Source: Balanoglossus misakiensis (taxonomy: Eukaryota > Animalia > Hemichordata). Taken from it: 64,000 nucleotides of DNA. Both the position numbers and the translations under genes were made by a program. The stretch spans positions 9,506,461-9,570,460 of the forward strand of contig CM082596.2 in assembly GCA_040954595.2 (NCBI GenBank), read 5' to 3'. How positions within the stretch are numbered: position 1 is the first letter of the stretch; each line of letters begins with the position of its first letter. The notes below the pieces were generated by a model that worked only from the letters and a program-made list of their open reading frames with translations, was not told where the DNA came from and ran no database searches. Below are positions 1 through 13,800 of this stretch, in pieces.

Positions 1-3000
1 CCAGTTGTATGAGGAGGGTGAGATATCCACTCGGTTTTTCTTTAACCTAGAAAAGTCTAAGCAGGAAAGAAAATGCATCAAATCTTTAATTACTGACAAC
101 AATGAAATTCTCACTGACATTACTGATATAATCTCAGAAGCTCATACATTTTACTCAAAGCTTTATAACAATGAGCCTTGTGATCTTGCACTTCAAAATA
201 CTTTCCTTGGTTACATCACAAATACTGTTTCTGATGAGGAGTGCGCTGTCGCCGATTCAGAGTTTTCGGTAGAAGAGGTGACCTTTGCCCTCTCTAAGTG
301 TATTCATAACAAAAGCCCAGGCGCTGATGGTTTACCGTACGAATTTTATCTTCACTTCTGGGAAGATATCAAAGATGATTTGCTTGACATTTTCAACTGT
401 ATTTTCTCCAATAACATTTTTTCTTGATGAGTGGAAAACTGGTCTTATTACCTTAATCCCTAAAGCAGACAGTGACCCCCGTTACATTAAAAATTGGCGC
501 CCTATAACCCTCCTCAACTGTGATTACAAAATTCTAGCTAAAACACTTGCCATTAGGCTCAATAGAATTATGCCCTCCATGGTCAGCCCGGATCAAACTT
601 GCTGTGTCCCAGGTCTTGACATTGTGGACAATGTTTTCTGTATGAGAGATCTCATCCATCATGTTGAATCCAGTAACTGTCCAGGTGCCATTCTGAAATT
701 TGATCAGATGAAATCCTTTGATCGTGCTGATCACAAGTATCTGCTTAACACACTGAGGGCGTTCAGGTTCGGTGATAATTTTGTTCAATGGATTTCCATA
801 CTGTACAACCAGGTTATAAGTAATGTAAAAATTAACGGGTTTTTGTCTGACTCGGTGTTAATTAAATGAAGTGTCAGACAAGGGTGCCCGCTGTCAGCAA
901 TGTTGTACATGCTGTCGGCTGAGCCTCTAAATGCCGCTATTCAGCGTAACCACAACATACTTGGTATCCAAATTCCAGGCAGTACTGTATCTTCCTTAGT
1001 TTATCAACATGCTACCACACTTACCGTTAGTGATGACCATTCTATCCGCGAAGCGTATCAGGTATTTTGTGATTATGGTAAAGCTTCTGGGTCAAAGGTT
1101 AATTTGAACAAAAGTGCACTGATGTGGATTGGAAACAATAGAGGGCGTACTGACTGCCCCTTACCTGTCAGACTTCAACCGGATGGCATGGTCATTCTTG
1201 GTGTCATGTTGAGTCATGAAAAATCAGTTGCTGATGATTTGGTCTGATGGGCTCAGCGCATTCCAAAAATCTGTAGAATTCTGAAATCTTGGTCATTTCG
1301 TAAATTGTCCTACAAAGGGAAAACCCTCATTATCAACTCCCTTGTTACGTCTACTCTGTGGTACCGGGCATCTGTTGTTTCGTTGCCTCAGCAACACATA
1401 CAAATTTTGAATGAGCACATCTGTAATTTCTTCTGGAGCAAAGGTCATCACAGGGTGAAATATGATGTCATCACTTCCGACATTCAAGATGGGGGACTTA
1501 AAGTCACAAATATTCAAGACAAAGTTCATGCACTTCGTCTCAAGTGGTTGTGTAAATTGCTGGATAAAGATTATGTTCACAAATTCAAGCTGTTTTTCAC
1601 CTACAACTTAAATAAATATTTCGATCTCAATTGTGGTGTTGACACTTTTAAAATGTTACTTTATCCTACCAACTTACGTCAGTGTTCTACATTCTACAGG
1701 GAATTGTTTCAGTCTTGGTCGCATCTTTTCAAGTATTTTCGTGCACAACCAGTTTCCTACGATGAAATTATCAATGAACCCATTTTTCATAACCCATTCA
1801 TTACAAGTGTTGAAGGGGGCCCCCTGGCGATTATAAAGCTTTTCAGTTCAGCTGGCACTGTCAAAATCAGGGATTTGTTATACAATGGTCATTCCTGGGT
1901 TCCTACCTGTTGATGCAATTGGTGACGTGGTTTCATTGGCCCATCCTGACACTCCCACAAGCAATACTGTTGAGAAGCTGTACCATATTATCCTCAATTC
2001 AATTCCTCAAAAGTGGCATGATATTCTGCAGGGTAATTACAAAGATTATAACAAAGTGGACAAAAACCCGTCTCTTTTTATTGTTAATGCTCATGATCAA
2101 CGTGTTCCTTTCCATTCTCTTAAGGTTAGACACATTACTACAATAGCTCGGCATCTGAGAAAAACAGTGCCCACGGGTGTTCAGTATTGGCTCTTCCACC
2201 TGCCAAACTTTGATTTTAGTAAGGTTTGGCCAATCGTTTACACAAATTTCAAGGATAATTACCTGGGTGATCTGGATTATCTCATTTGTCACAACGCTGT
2301 TTTTAGTAATCTTCGTCTTTATAAAGCAGGCAAAATCCTCAGTCCGACTTGTGACTTCTGCACATTTTTTCCCGATGACGTGTATCATTTGTTTGTGTGC
2401 TGCCAGGCAGTTCAATCCTTGTGGCAACTTGTTTTTGAGTATATCTACAGTGCCAGTAATGTAAATAAGTTTAACCCAACAGATAGAATTCTAATGATGT
2501 TATTTGGTTATCCTGTCAATGATGACAAGTACGAGTACACGCTGATCAATATTTTATTGTCACTTTCACGTTATACAATTCATAGTAGAAGATTAGCATA
2601 CAAGCGTTGTACTCGGAAAATCGACTTGATCAAGTTCTTTAAGTACAAATTAAAACAGAAAATCACTTTTGAATATAACAGGTGCAAAGCAAGTGATGAT
2701 GTTGCGCTATTTGAAAGCATCTTTGCATAAAACAATGTACTTGTAACGGTAAAAGATTTTGACTTTACCTTAAATTTTTAAACAGTCTTTTTGTCTATGT
2801 TGTCACCTTCAGTTGAACCTGGCGCCCTCTGGTGTTACATACCATCTTTTTTACTGGTAATTGTTCCTGTAATTAAATTGTATGTCACAATTCCATGACA
2901 GATTGGAGTATAGGACTTACATAAATGATGGAATACTGTAATGCAATATTGTGAATTTAAAGATTGTTTATGTTGAATGATTTGATTACACATGCATTCA

Positions 3001-3186
3001 TTCCGGTGAATGTTTTTTCATCAATATTGTAATGATTTGCAATAGTAGTGTAACATGTTGAGAATTTATGGAATTTATTTAATATGAATCTTTCACTGTA
3101 ATTACAAGCTACTTGTAATGTACAATCTACTTTTAACAGGGCAAGCCAGTGGGCCTGTCCTTTTTAATAAAAGATAAAACAAAAGT
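1..3186 (+). mobile_element. Tx1/L1-clade non-LTR retrotransposon, 3' part (ORF2 RT + zf-RVT, 3'UTR, A-rich tail); 5' end lies outside the window
   Basis: ORF fragments carry EGEISTRFFFNLEK, KSPGADGLPYEFY, NWRPITLLNCDYKILAK, RQGCPLS, and C-terminal CDFC..DDVYHLFVCC zinc finger. Ends with aataaaagataaaacaaaagt directly abutting satellite aaggctagcc. Confidence 0.92.
5..2780 (+). pseudogene. Tx1-like ORF2 (reverse transcriptase), frameshifted, with premature stops
   Basis: Broken into ORFs 5-427, 285-869, 900-1247, 1305-1913 and 1885-2730. The RT catalytic motif reads QHA-TT (DD missing). The stop at 2728 is CAA in the right-arm copy, which reads through to FTLNF. Confidence 0.9.
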
Positions 3187-4513
3187 AAGGCTAGCCTATT
3201 ACCTGAAGGTGTCAACTGATGTTGGTTCGAGACCACTTTTTATTCTATTTCTTTTTTTTTTGTGAGAACATTTAACGACATTATCATTTTAATTTTTATC
3301 ATTTTCATAAATTCAATTCATTTCAATATCTACGCTGCGTTTTTTATCTGTCGGGTATAAGAAATATGCACGGAAACTTGGTCATTTTTTGTCGCAGTTC
3401 ACTTGGGCAAGTCTAAATACGGAGTGCTCAGAAGAGAGAAAGATAAACTCGCTAAAACCGTGTCTTGCCGTCCGAATGACCAACCAAGGAACGAAAAAGT
3501 CGTTATTTAGGCCGTAATAAAACGTTTTTGTCGCCGAGGAGTGAATAAAGAACGGTCAGATCGTTGCGGTGCAGGGGACTCTTATTTTGCACCGCTGCGG
3601 TGCAAATTAGATCATTGGAGTTATGCTGCAATATAGTGCGGAAAATTTCCGACTTTTTCGAGTACACATCGTGATGGCGAATGGTTCAGGAAGGCTAGCC
3701 TTTTACCTGAAGGTGTTAACTGATGTTGGTTCGAGACCACTTTTTTTTCTATTTTTTTTTTGTGAGAATTTTTAACGACATTATCAGTGTAATTTTTATC
3801 ATTTTCATAAAGCCAATTCATTTCAATATCAACGCTGCGTTTTTTATCTGTCGGGTAAAAGAAACATGCAGGGAAACATGGTCATATTTTTGTCGCGGTT
3901 CACTTTGGCAAGTCTGAATACGGAGTGCTCAGGAGAGAGAAAGATAAACTCGCTAAAACTGTGTCTTTCCGTCCGCATGACCAACCAAGGAACGAAAAAG
4001 TCGTTATTTAGGCCGTAATAAAACGTTTTTGTCGCCGAGGAGTGAATAAAGAACGGTCAGATCGTTGCGGTGCAGGGAATTCTTATTTACACCGCTGCGG
4101 TGCAAATAAGATCATTGGAGTTATGCTGCAATATAGTGCGGAAAATTTCCGACTTTTTCGAGTACACATCGTGATGCCGAATGGTTCAGGAAGGCTACCC
4201 TTTTACCTGAAGGTGTCAACTGATGTTGGTTCGAGACCACTTTTTTATTTCTTTTTTTTTGTGAGAATTTTTAACGACATTATTATTGTAATTTCTATCA
4301 TTTTCATAAAGCCAATTCATTTCAATATCAACGCTGCGTTTTTATCTGTCGGGTAAATAAAACATGCAGGGAAACATGGTCATATTTTTGTCGCGCTTCA
4401 CTTTGGCAAGTCTGAATACGGAGTGCTCAGGAGAGAGAAAGATAAACTCGCTAAAACCGTGTCTTTCCGTCCGAATGACCAACCAAGGAGCGAAAAAGTC
4501 GTTATTTAGGCCG
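3187..4513 (+). repeat. Tandem satellite, ~500-bp unit, ~2.6 copies
   Basis: aaggcta(g/c)cc recurs at 3187, 3691 and 4191. Units contain the palindrome tgcaccgctgcggtgca. Confidence 0.95.
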
Positions 4514-5502
4514 TGTAGCGGCACACAAACAGACTTCCTTTTATGGCCAACTATATAGTCTGCTGCGCACTGCTTGGGGTAAACAGTCAGGGTAGATCTC
4601 TCCGCAATGCGTCGCTCTTTAACAAATCACTGCTAGTGTCAAATTCTTTGTCACGGGGTTTATTCGACACTATACATAGACGTGGAACGGTAAACTTAAA
4701 GACGTGGAACGTAGAACGATTGACTGAAAATAAAATAAAATAATACACTACACAAGTATTTGTCACTGTTACACAACTCGAGGATTCAAAGGTCAAGTTT
4801 ACCACCTTGAACCATGGCCTCTTATGTATGGCGCCCTCTAGAGGCAAGAAGCATGCACTTGCCCCTTCTAAAGTACTTTGCATTCCAAAGCCTAATTAAT
4901 TATGCATAAAGCACTTTCAAACAGAAGAAACTCTAAATCTATAAAATACATCACTGAAGTCAAAAAGCAACTTGTGTCCGATGAACTGTCTAAGTCAGAG
5001 TCCGTGGAAAGTCTCTTGGTATGAAATATGATGTGTAAAACTGATTTGAAAATTGCCACATGCCATCTCTGCCAGGAGAGAATGGCCAACTTGTGTGGTA
5101 CTCACAGTCCACGAATAAAACTTGATTTCTACAGAATATTTTGGCTCGAAAATAGGCTTACCAGAATTATGTGACCTCCTGGCTGTTAGCCCATCAAAAC
5201 AATACAATTCATGGACTGGTCCGTCCCCTTTTGAGTGTGTTAGAAGCACAAAACCGACACTCTCTCTTCAGCACAATGCTTGCTCTTTGAAAACCCATGT
5301 GCTTCTGAAACCTAATACTTACACTTGACTGAAGTTGAACTTTGATATGGTATTACGTAATGGGGGTAATGCCCTTGACAGGAAGTATGAGTCACCGTTA
5401 TACAAGTGCCTTGACCTAGTGTCGATACTAAGCAAATTTAAGTCAAACAGAAACCATAGGAATAAAACTGCTACTTTAAGCTAACTATTTTTGGCCGTAA
5501 CA
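4514..5502 (-). mobile_element. 3' LTR of BEL/Pao element (left arm copy, ~989 bp)
   Basis: Minus strand reads PPT aggggaccggaa, then TGTTACGGCC...GCCGCTACA (TG..CA), then satellite. Mirror of 25781-26769. Confidence 0.85.
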
Positions 5503-7013
5503 TTCCGGTCCCCTAATTGTAAGGAAATTCTTTCTGAGCAATTACAAAACTAGTAATAGGTCCAAAAATTGTCAAACATACACTACAGACTGAATGTCCT
5601 GCACATGGCGCGCTTGCCTGGCGCGCTCAGTGGCTTGCTGCGCGCGCCAGGGGGCTCGGGCCCACCGGGCCCAGCTAGCCCATGGGCCCGCTGCGCTTGC
5701 TGTGTTTGGCGGGCCCGAATGAACACATGAGAAGTCTGTCAGTCTTAGAATGAGAAGAGGGCATGTTTGAGAATTTTGGAGTTAAGAATTGGGCTAGCAT
5801 GTCACCCGTCGGAATAAATTAGACCATGTTTAGACGTTTCGTGTGTGTCTGCACATGGACGTAAGAAGAGATGGTCTGCATGTGTCCGAGATGTAATCAA
5901 TGTGTCATGGTTTACCACGACAAATTCTAGCTCAGTCTTCTTGATCGGGCCTAGATTGATCATTGCAACCTAATCATCAAAGTTAGCAAACATGTAAGAT
6001 CGTTCGCGTTTGCCCGAGGTTCTACCTCCATTATTCGATCGGACTGTGACTCGATCTCTCTTCGTGATGTGATGTCGTCGATCGACGCCATGTTTGTTTT
6101 AATACATGATTGTACAATCGCGCGTAGCTATGGTCTAACGCAGGGACTCTCTACCTGTTTCATCGCCTGATAAATTAGATGGATATTCTCAAAACAATAT
6201 AATGTATATTGTGTTCTGATTGCATTCTTCGTGTATCAAACTTTTATTTTATTGATTTCCTTTTGTTGTCAGCCACATGCGATTAGCCTTGCCAATAAAC
6301 AGTCGTGTTTACTCGGTAAACAAGTGAAATCACAGACTTGCCTCAAAAACAAGAGTAGCAGGTGTAGTTCCTCTCCGTCCCACCTCCATGTAACAACATA
6401 CAATCCGCATCAAACAAGCACTCCTGAATAACTATGAAATGTCTAGCTTGTGCTCATTCTGTCAAACTATTGCAAAGACTCCAGCCATATTCAATGCCAG
6501 TTTAAGTAGATCTTAAACTCACCGTCAGTGAGTTAGATACAGGTGCACACATACATGTATGACACTATTGTGAAGTAACATTTCTTTTTTATTTTAGAAC
6601 ATGCGAAAAATAATAGGGACAAGTCACATCAGAGTAGAATAAAAATGTCCTCAAGTACAAAAAAACAGCAAAACGGGAAAATGCATCGATGTCGGAACTA
6701 CTAAAGTCGAGAATCAGCTCTGAACTTATTCAGTAATCTAGTGCTTGGGGCGGAAACTTTAATGCAGAACACACTCTCTCGATATGCAAATATAACTTAT
6801 TGAAACTCGTTGCCACACGAACAAATGACCAGGAACCATCGACGCGGCACAGTCTATATATACTGTACATGTACACTGAGAAGCCATAGAGACGTGCATG
6901 TTCAAATATAGACCTTCTGAATAATGATCCATCGAGCAACAACAACAAAAAGGAAAAGATCCTTTGTACTTTAAATACGACCGAACTTTGCGAGGATTAT
7001 CTGTTTGTCAATA

Positions 7014-7120
7014 CGGTAACAGGTCGTTTCGGCCCAAAAGATTTTCGATCCCAATCGTTTCGGCCCCCAATTTTCACGACCCCGGTCTGTTCGGCCCCAA
7101 CACCCCAGTCGTTTCGGTGC
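7014..7120 (+). repeat. Short imperfect tandem motif (gtcgtttcggccc) x4-5, terminus-like remnant of a nested DNA element
   Basis: ggtcgtttcggccc, atcgtttcggccc, tctgttcggccc and gtcgtttcggtgc occur in succession. Confidence 0.5.
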
Positions 7121-8853
7121 TTATCGGTAATGGCCCAACCTGACTCATTGTTGCCTAGTTCAGTAAAGGGGCGATGTCAGTGGGACTGGCAGTGAGGGGA
7201 GACGGTGCATGTTCTCGTTTGTGGTACCGTGTGTTTTGAAATACAGGAGTCGACAAATGTGACGTGTAATAATTTGTACACAATTTTCTTTACCCCAATA
7301 CAAAAATGCCTTTCAGCACAGAAAAAACAACAAAGCAACGCCATTATCGTTAACACCTAATTGTTTCTCCCAATTTGAAGTGGTCTCTTTCGAAGATAAA
7401 GGATTCGTCATGAGAGTTACTCATTGTACAAACTGACCACCTGTCAGACATTGTGGATTTTCCTTATATTTCTGCTTTCTATCCGAGTTACTTCCTGTCA
7501 CCTGTCAGACATTGTGGATTTTCTGCTTTCTATCCGAGTGCAGAGCGGGAAAACCCGCTGAGGCTATACCGCTGTCAGAAGAAACAGCGAGGGCTTCGAA
7601 CGTACTTTTATTTTTCACACTTAAATCACTGCTCGTAAATTAATGCATCAAAAGTAACAGTTTCCTTTTCCCTTTTAAATTTAAAAGTATATATGGCCTA
7701 TGTCACGATCAAAATTGCGATTGTGTTTATAACTAGCATAGCTGCAATAATTAGAGTGATGGGTAGCTATTTTCGCTTGGTTGAATCACGGTCACTCCAC
7801 AAGGGTCGCGGACGTAGTCAGATTTATGGACGAAAAAGTCAGAACAATCAAGACCGAGAGTATACTGCGAGCAGTCATACGCATTGATACTCATATGAAA
7901 TCAACAATGAAGAATAATCAGCATAATAGGAAAAAGAAAGCCTACTGGTGACTAGCCTGCATATTAGTAAATCACAGGTGTTAATGGGGTGGGCCCCGGG
8001 AGGTAGCCTTTGGTCAGTAGGATCGTACCGGCTACCCCATAAATGTATTTTTCACTAATTTGTGCGATCAAGTTTTTCTCCTCAACATGATCTCCAAAAC
8101 TATAGAGTCTATTGCAGATTCAAAATCATATCCAGGGAATCCACAGATCGCGATTCGTGTTTTCTTGTGTTTATATTTAGCTGGAATAATTGTAACGGCA
8201 CCGTGTCGCTGTTTTTGGTGTAGATGCCCGCACACTTACATGCAATGGACCGCAGTTACGTTGCGCGGTCGTGATGTAAATTTAGGAAATAGTGATACAC
8301 TGCATCTATTAAAGCTTATCTTTGTTTCAGAGTAAAAATCTACCCGCTTTCTCTGTACTGTATCTCCCAGCGTCCACGGGTGTTACATGTTTATGCTCGG
8401 CCAGCCACGTTCTTCAGGTTGTTATCACCTTTTTGTTCGTCAGTACTTCAAAATAAAATATGTGTGAACTCAATGAACAAAAACTTCTGAAGTCAGTACA
8501 TTTTTGTCTGTGGTTTGTTTTAAAAATACAATTTGATGCGCCGGTCACTAGGACCCTAGGGTCATAGTTCTGAGTGTCAGGCTCATGAAAACAAGAACAA
8601 TCTATGACTCAAATATTAGATACATACTAGTATTGTAAGTTGCGTCTTACAAAGCACAATAATGTGACTTCATCCATTTCCCAAACAGAGAAACTAAGAC
8701 AAATCAGTCAGAGTATCGACCACACTGTTGTCTGTGATCGACAACACGTATACGCGCGTCCGTTCACCGCGACAATAATGTGTGTAACGATCGTTCAATT
8801 CATTCGATCAGGCACTATGAACATGCCCCCGCCGATTCCACCAGCCGCCCACC

Positions 8854-9699
8854 TTGTCACCAACACCACTCCCACCACGCCCAGTCGCTGATATTACACC
8901 ACCGTTCCAAACTACACTACAGCCGGCAGTACAGCCGATTCTCACGTCTCCGCAGACAACGGGGATGATTGAGACTACTCCGCCTCCACTATGGTTCCCT
9001 CCTATCACCGGGGATGTTCTCATACCAGAATCATATATAGACCGGTGTAAGGTCGTAAGTTGCTCTATAGGCAACTTTGCCAAGAACCTTGTGTTTATGG
9101 TTTATTCGCCGAGTGAACGCGCCGGACGTAATTGCACAGGGCGTGTGTTTGGGGGTACCAAACAGAAATTGAAGTTAAGTCCCAGAAGGCTTAAGAAAGT
9201 TGAAGGAGCAACTTTCCGAAAATATTTTAGAAATAATGGACTCTGCCCTGACCATTAACGTTTGTTTATGGGCAAGGGCGAGGGGAAAGCCAAAAATTCA
9301 TGGGCGAGGCTTCCGAGCCCATGAATTTTGGCTTTCCTCGAGCCTGCGCCCATAAACAAACGTTTATGGTCAGGGCGGAGTCGGTTATTTCCATTATATT
9401 ACCAACAAAATCAAGAAAACCGTCAAAATTTACGAAAATGTCCCACTAGGGGCCCCGGAACTTGTGTTTCGCAAAATTTTGTATTCACTGAACTGTTTGC
9501 TAATATAACTATTCAGATTTACGGGGATGTAAACAAACCATTACTGAGTATTTGTGGTCAGTGACGTCGTTCATCTCGACCAATTAAAATGCGACGCACA
9601 AGCCATGGTAATATTATCCCACGATTTTCCGCGATCCACCGAGCGCGACGTGTGGTCAAAACAGTGCATCAAGTCAATCGATAAAGCTCTCCGCCGTTT
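8854..9699 (+). pseudogene. BEN-domain coding remnant inside the CACTA element, split by an insertion at ~9227-9615
   Basis: Pro/Thr-rich linker then SIGNFAKNLVFMVYSPSERAGRNCTG..KLSPRRLKKVEGATFRKY, resuming after the insert as ..ERDVWSKQCIKSIDKALRR. This fits the BEN-domain pattern (F..L....F...E....N..G....L.P.......W..C...ID...R). Confidence 0.7.
9227..9615. mobile_element. Non-autonomous hairpin element (Crypton-like architecture)
   Basis: ~160-bp imperfect palindrome 9231-9390, followed by a body bounded by IR atattacca (9396) / tggtaatat (9606). Interrupts the BEN reading frame. Confidence 0.7.
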
Positions 9700-10841
9700 A
9701 TGTTTTTTTTTTTTTTTTTGGGGGGGGGGGGGGCTTTATCAGCATGTTTGTCGGATTGTCATTCTCTCGTTCAGAAAGGAAATGTTCCCTTGCATTTGTA
9801 CAACTAATGTAGTGTAATTGTGTTTTAACATGGAGGTACTATGGTTTTAAATGCTTAATAAAGAAAACTAACACTGACAACGGACACATTTTGTTCGTAG
9901 TGAATTAAACGCCCCTCCCTGAATGCCTAGTCTGAAATAAAACTTATGTTGAGAAGGAGAGTTGTACATTGATTAACGTTTTCAACGGTGTAGTACTGGT
10001 GTAGCAACGATTCAGATACGACTCCGACGGAGAATGCTTTTCGCCTGTGCTGCGCCGGTGTTAATTTTCGACAGCGATGACGGGTGGTTCAGATCCAGAC
10101 CGAAGCAAATATACAGTGAGAACGCAAAGCACAACCCTGTCGTGACTTTTGATTATGTTTATCTAGGTAACCTATTGTCTTGGGTCAGTTTCCATTGTTG
10201 AGTCAATCACACTGGACGCGAGTGGTTTTCTAACCACTCGTGGTTAGCCGGGTCTGCAACATTTCTGTCCGCCACCAACTTTAATTTAGGTTCTTTTGAT
10301 CGACGAAAAGACGAGGCGTTTTCGATGTGTGGATTAACATCCGGTACTTCTAAACGATATCAAAACGGTCATGAAGAAGACGACAAAGTCGTCTAGAACG
10401 CATATCCAGGTACATATAGAAACTGAGATATGTTGCAATTACATGTCCTCGACGTCCTCATTTTTTGTTAGTTGCCGTGTTCCTAAACATTGCCATTTAG
10501 ACGGCGTTGATCTCAATATGTCCGTTTAGAGTGTGGACGCACACAGATTCTGCGGGCTAATCCCCTGTTAGCAAGAAACACGAAGTGCTAGCGTGGGCCT
10601 ACGCGTTCCCTACACATAATGAAGCCCATAGACAAGGAGCAAGTCTAGCGCGCCAGGTAAACAAGCGCGCTTCCTGTGACCGGGCTGGCCATGCAAGCCA
10701 GGTAGCTCATGAATATTCAGGATTCAAGCCTGGCGCGCTCAGCAAACACGCTCACCGGGCCTGGCGAGCCAGGCGAGCCACCTGGCTTGCTGCGTTCAAG
10801 AGCAGGCGCGCCAGGTAGAACAAGACATTCAGTCTGTAGTG

Positions 10842-13800
10842 TATATTGTCATTGCCACTTAGCTGCATGTGTCCACTTTTCAGTCGTTTCTATACCACAT
10901 CAGCTTCCAACAGCACACACAATTTGTCCACTGGTCGATCAAGGGTCGATGTTTTGGTCTTCACCGTTGCAACACGCACAAATCCCTTCTTGTCTCTTTT
11001 CACATCAATGACCACTCCTAGGGGCCAGGAATTTCTTGGTGCAGAGTTGTCCACAATCAAGACCACGTCCCCCACGGTGAGATTTCTCCTGGGTTTGAGC
11101 CACTTCTGCCTTTCCTGCAGCAGGGGGAGATATTCTTTAACCCATCTCTTCCAAAATATGTCTGCCAGGTACTGTACTTGGCGCCACCTGCGACGAGCGT
11201 AGTTGTCGTTCTTGCAAAATATACCAGGTGGTAGATTCTGTGTGGGCTGCAACATCATTAGATGATTCGGTGTGAGAACTTCAAGATCATTCGGATCATC
11301 AGATAGCTTGGTGATGGGGCGACTGTTGATAATGGCTTCAACTTCACAGAACAACGTCTGCAGCGCTTCATCATCTAAACGAATAGCCTGTTCTTTCATC
11401 AAGGAGAACAATATCTTCCATATGGTTCTGATCTGACGTTCCCATATTCCTCCGAAGTGAGATGCCGCTGGGGGGTTGAACTCCCACTTCACACTGTGTT
11501 GATATAGGGCTTCAGATATTTTGTGGTGATTCCACTTCTCAATTTCTTCGTGTAGTTCACGATTGGCACCGACGAAATTGGTTCCGTTGTCAGATCTGAT
11601 CACTTCACTTGTCCTCTTCTTGCTGTAAATCGTCGAAGGCTGTTGATGCATGAGTCTGTATCTAGCGAGTGTGCCACTTCGAGATGTACAGCCCGTGTCG
11701 CCAAACAAGTAAAGATCACTCCATACCTCTTCACAGTGCTGCGACCACGCTTGACTTCCAACGGGCCGAAGTAGTCTACACCTGTTCTCGTGAATGGTGC
11801 TTCTTCTGGTGTGATGCGGTCTGCCGGCAGGTCTGCCATTTTCTGCTCACCGACCTTCACTCTGTATCTTCGACAGATCACGCATTTTGCTATAATGCTA
11901 CGGACTGCAGTGTTTGCTCGCAGGATCCAAAACTTCTCCCTTAGTCTCGCCAACATTGAGTTTCTTCCCATATGTCCGACCGCACGATGTATCTCTTCTC
12001 AGATAAGTCTCGATACTGGAGTGTCCCTTGGGAGGACCATTGGGTGCTTGCTTTCTTCTGGTAGTGACGCTTGCTCAAGACGTCCGCCAACACGTATTAT
12101 CCCATCTTTCAGCATCGGATCCAGCTTGTAAAGCGGGCTGGATTTCTTCACTTCTTCACCTTTCTGTAGGGCGGTGACTTCTTCCGGGAAGTGACAATGT
12201 TGTGTGTAGCGTATAATCGCCTTCTCTGCTTCTTGTAACATTTCGAATGGGAGTGCTGTAATTTCACTTTCCTCCTTACTTCCCCTCTTTCTCATCTTTT
12301 CTTTGCTGAGCTCTTCTTTACCTTTCGTCTCAGGTTCTTCATCGAGATTTTCTCTCAGCATCCTTTTCTGTTGAACTAATCTTCTTAGCTTTTCCTTCGC
12401 CAAAAGAATCCATCCCACTGTCTTCTTGAGTTTCTTCCAGACGGAAACACGTGATATGATGTCATCAATCACCAGTGTGGATGTGTCTGCTATTACGGCG
12501 TTTATCTGTTTCTGGAACGCTGGGCCTTCTATCCATCTCTTGTTTCGGAGAAACTGGTGTACAGTCAGCCCTCTGGAAGCATCGTCAGCCGGGTTAGACT
12601 GTGTGTTTACGTACTTCCATTGGTGCATTTCCGAACCTTCACGAATTATGTTTATTCGATTTGAAACAAAGGTGTGGAAACGGGTGGTCTCGTTGGCGAT
12701 GTATCTCAGTACTGACATGCTGTCTGTCCAGAAATATACCGCATCTATACGCTGATCCAACTCCCTCTCCAACAACTTGTTCATTCTGACTGCCACGGTA
12801 GCTGCCATCAATTCCAAACGAGGAATGGTGGTCTTCTTGAGTGGTGCCACTCTGGCTTTTCCCATCAGTAGAGCGCAGTGAATTTCTCTGTCTTCATTCA
12901 TCAGGCGAACATAGGACGCAGTTCCATACCCATGCTGACTTGCATCGGAAAAATGATGTACTTCACACCGCTTCACCTCTCCAAAATCAGCCGGCTTGAA
13001 GCATCTATCTACTGACAGTTCTTCAAGTTGTGGGAGATCGGTTAGCCATTGTCGCCATCTCTTCTGATCTCCTTGACTGATCGTCTGGTCCCATCCGAGA
13101 TTTCGGTGGCACAGATCCTGTAGTAATATTCTCGCTGGCAGTATGAACGGTGATGCTAATCCCAGCGGATCGTAGACCGAACTGACGACTGATAATATGC
13201 CCCTTCTGCTTACAGGTCTGTCTTGGATGTCTATTTTAAATCCCAGAGTGTCTGGTTCGACCGACCAATACACCCCTAGAGCACGTTCGGTTGGCAGGTC
13301 ATCATAGTCGAGCTTCAGTTGCTTAACTTCTTTGCCTCTCTCTTGTACGGGAATATATTCCAAGACCTCACGACTGCTACTGATCCACTTCGTCAGACGA
13401 AAGCCTCCCATCTGGCAAGCTGCTGTCAGTTCTTGTGCTAACTTCATAGCTTCGGGCACACTACTCACTGACTTGAGACAGTCGTCCACGTAGAAATTTC
13501 TCATAATGGTGTCGATGACTTCAGTATTGAATCTGTGGCTGTTGTCTTGAGCAGTTCCTTGTAGGGCTGTATTCGCACAACTTGGAGATGATACTGCTCC
13601 AAATAGATGAACCCGCATTTGGTAGACTTCTGGCTGGCTGTTAATGTTTCCCTCAGGCCACCAATAGAAGCGTAGACAATCACTGTCTTCTTTGGGCACC
13701 TGTACTTGGTGAAACATTGCTTCTATGTCTGCCATCAGCGCTACTGGTTCCTGACGAAATCGCAACAGCACACCGACAAGATTGTTAGTCAGATCCGGCC

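Larger units (their letters stand above)
5581..10841. mobile_element. CACTA/EnSpm (CMC)-type DNA transposon, apparently non-autonomous, 5261 bp, TA target-site duplication
   Basis: TIRs CACTACAGACTGAATGTC (5581) and GACATTCAGTCTGTAGTG (ends 10841). GC-rich subterminal ggcgcgc repeats at both ends. The empty site in the right arm (25703-25704) shows one TA, duplicated here. Confidence 0.9.

Noticed and set aside
3187-4513. Small ORFs (3621, 3723, 4042, 4342, 4364 and mirrors) and CRISPR-like appearance
   Set aside because: They lie in a 500-bp tandem satellite with low-complexity translations and no repeat-spacer structure.
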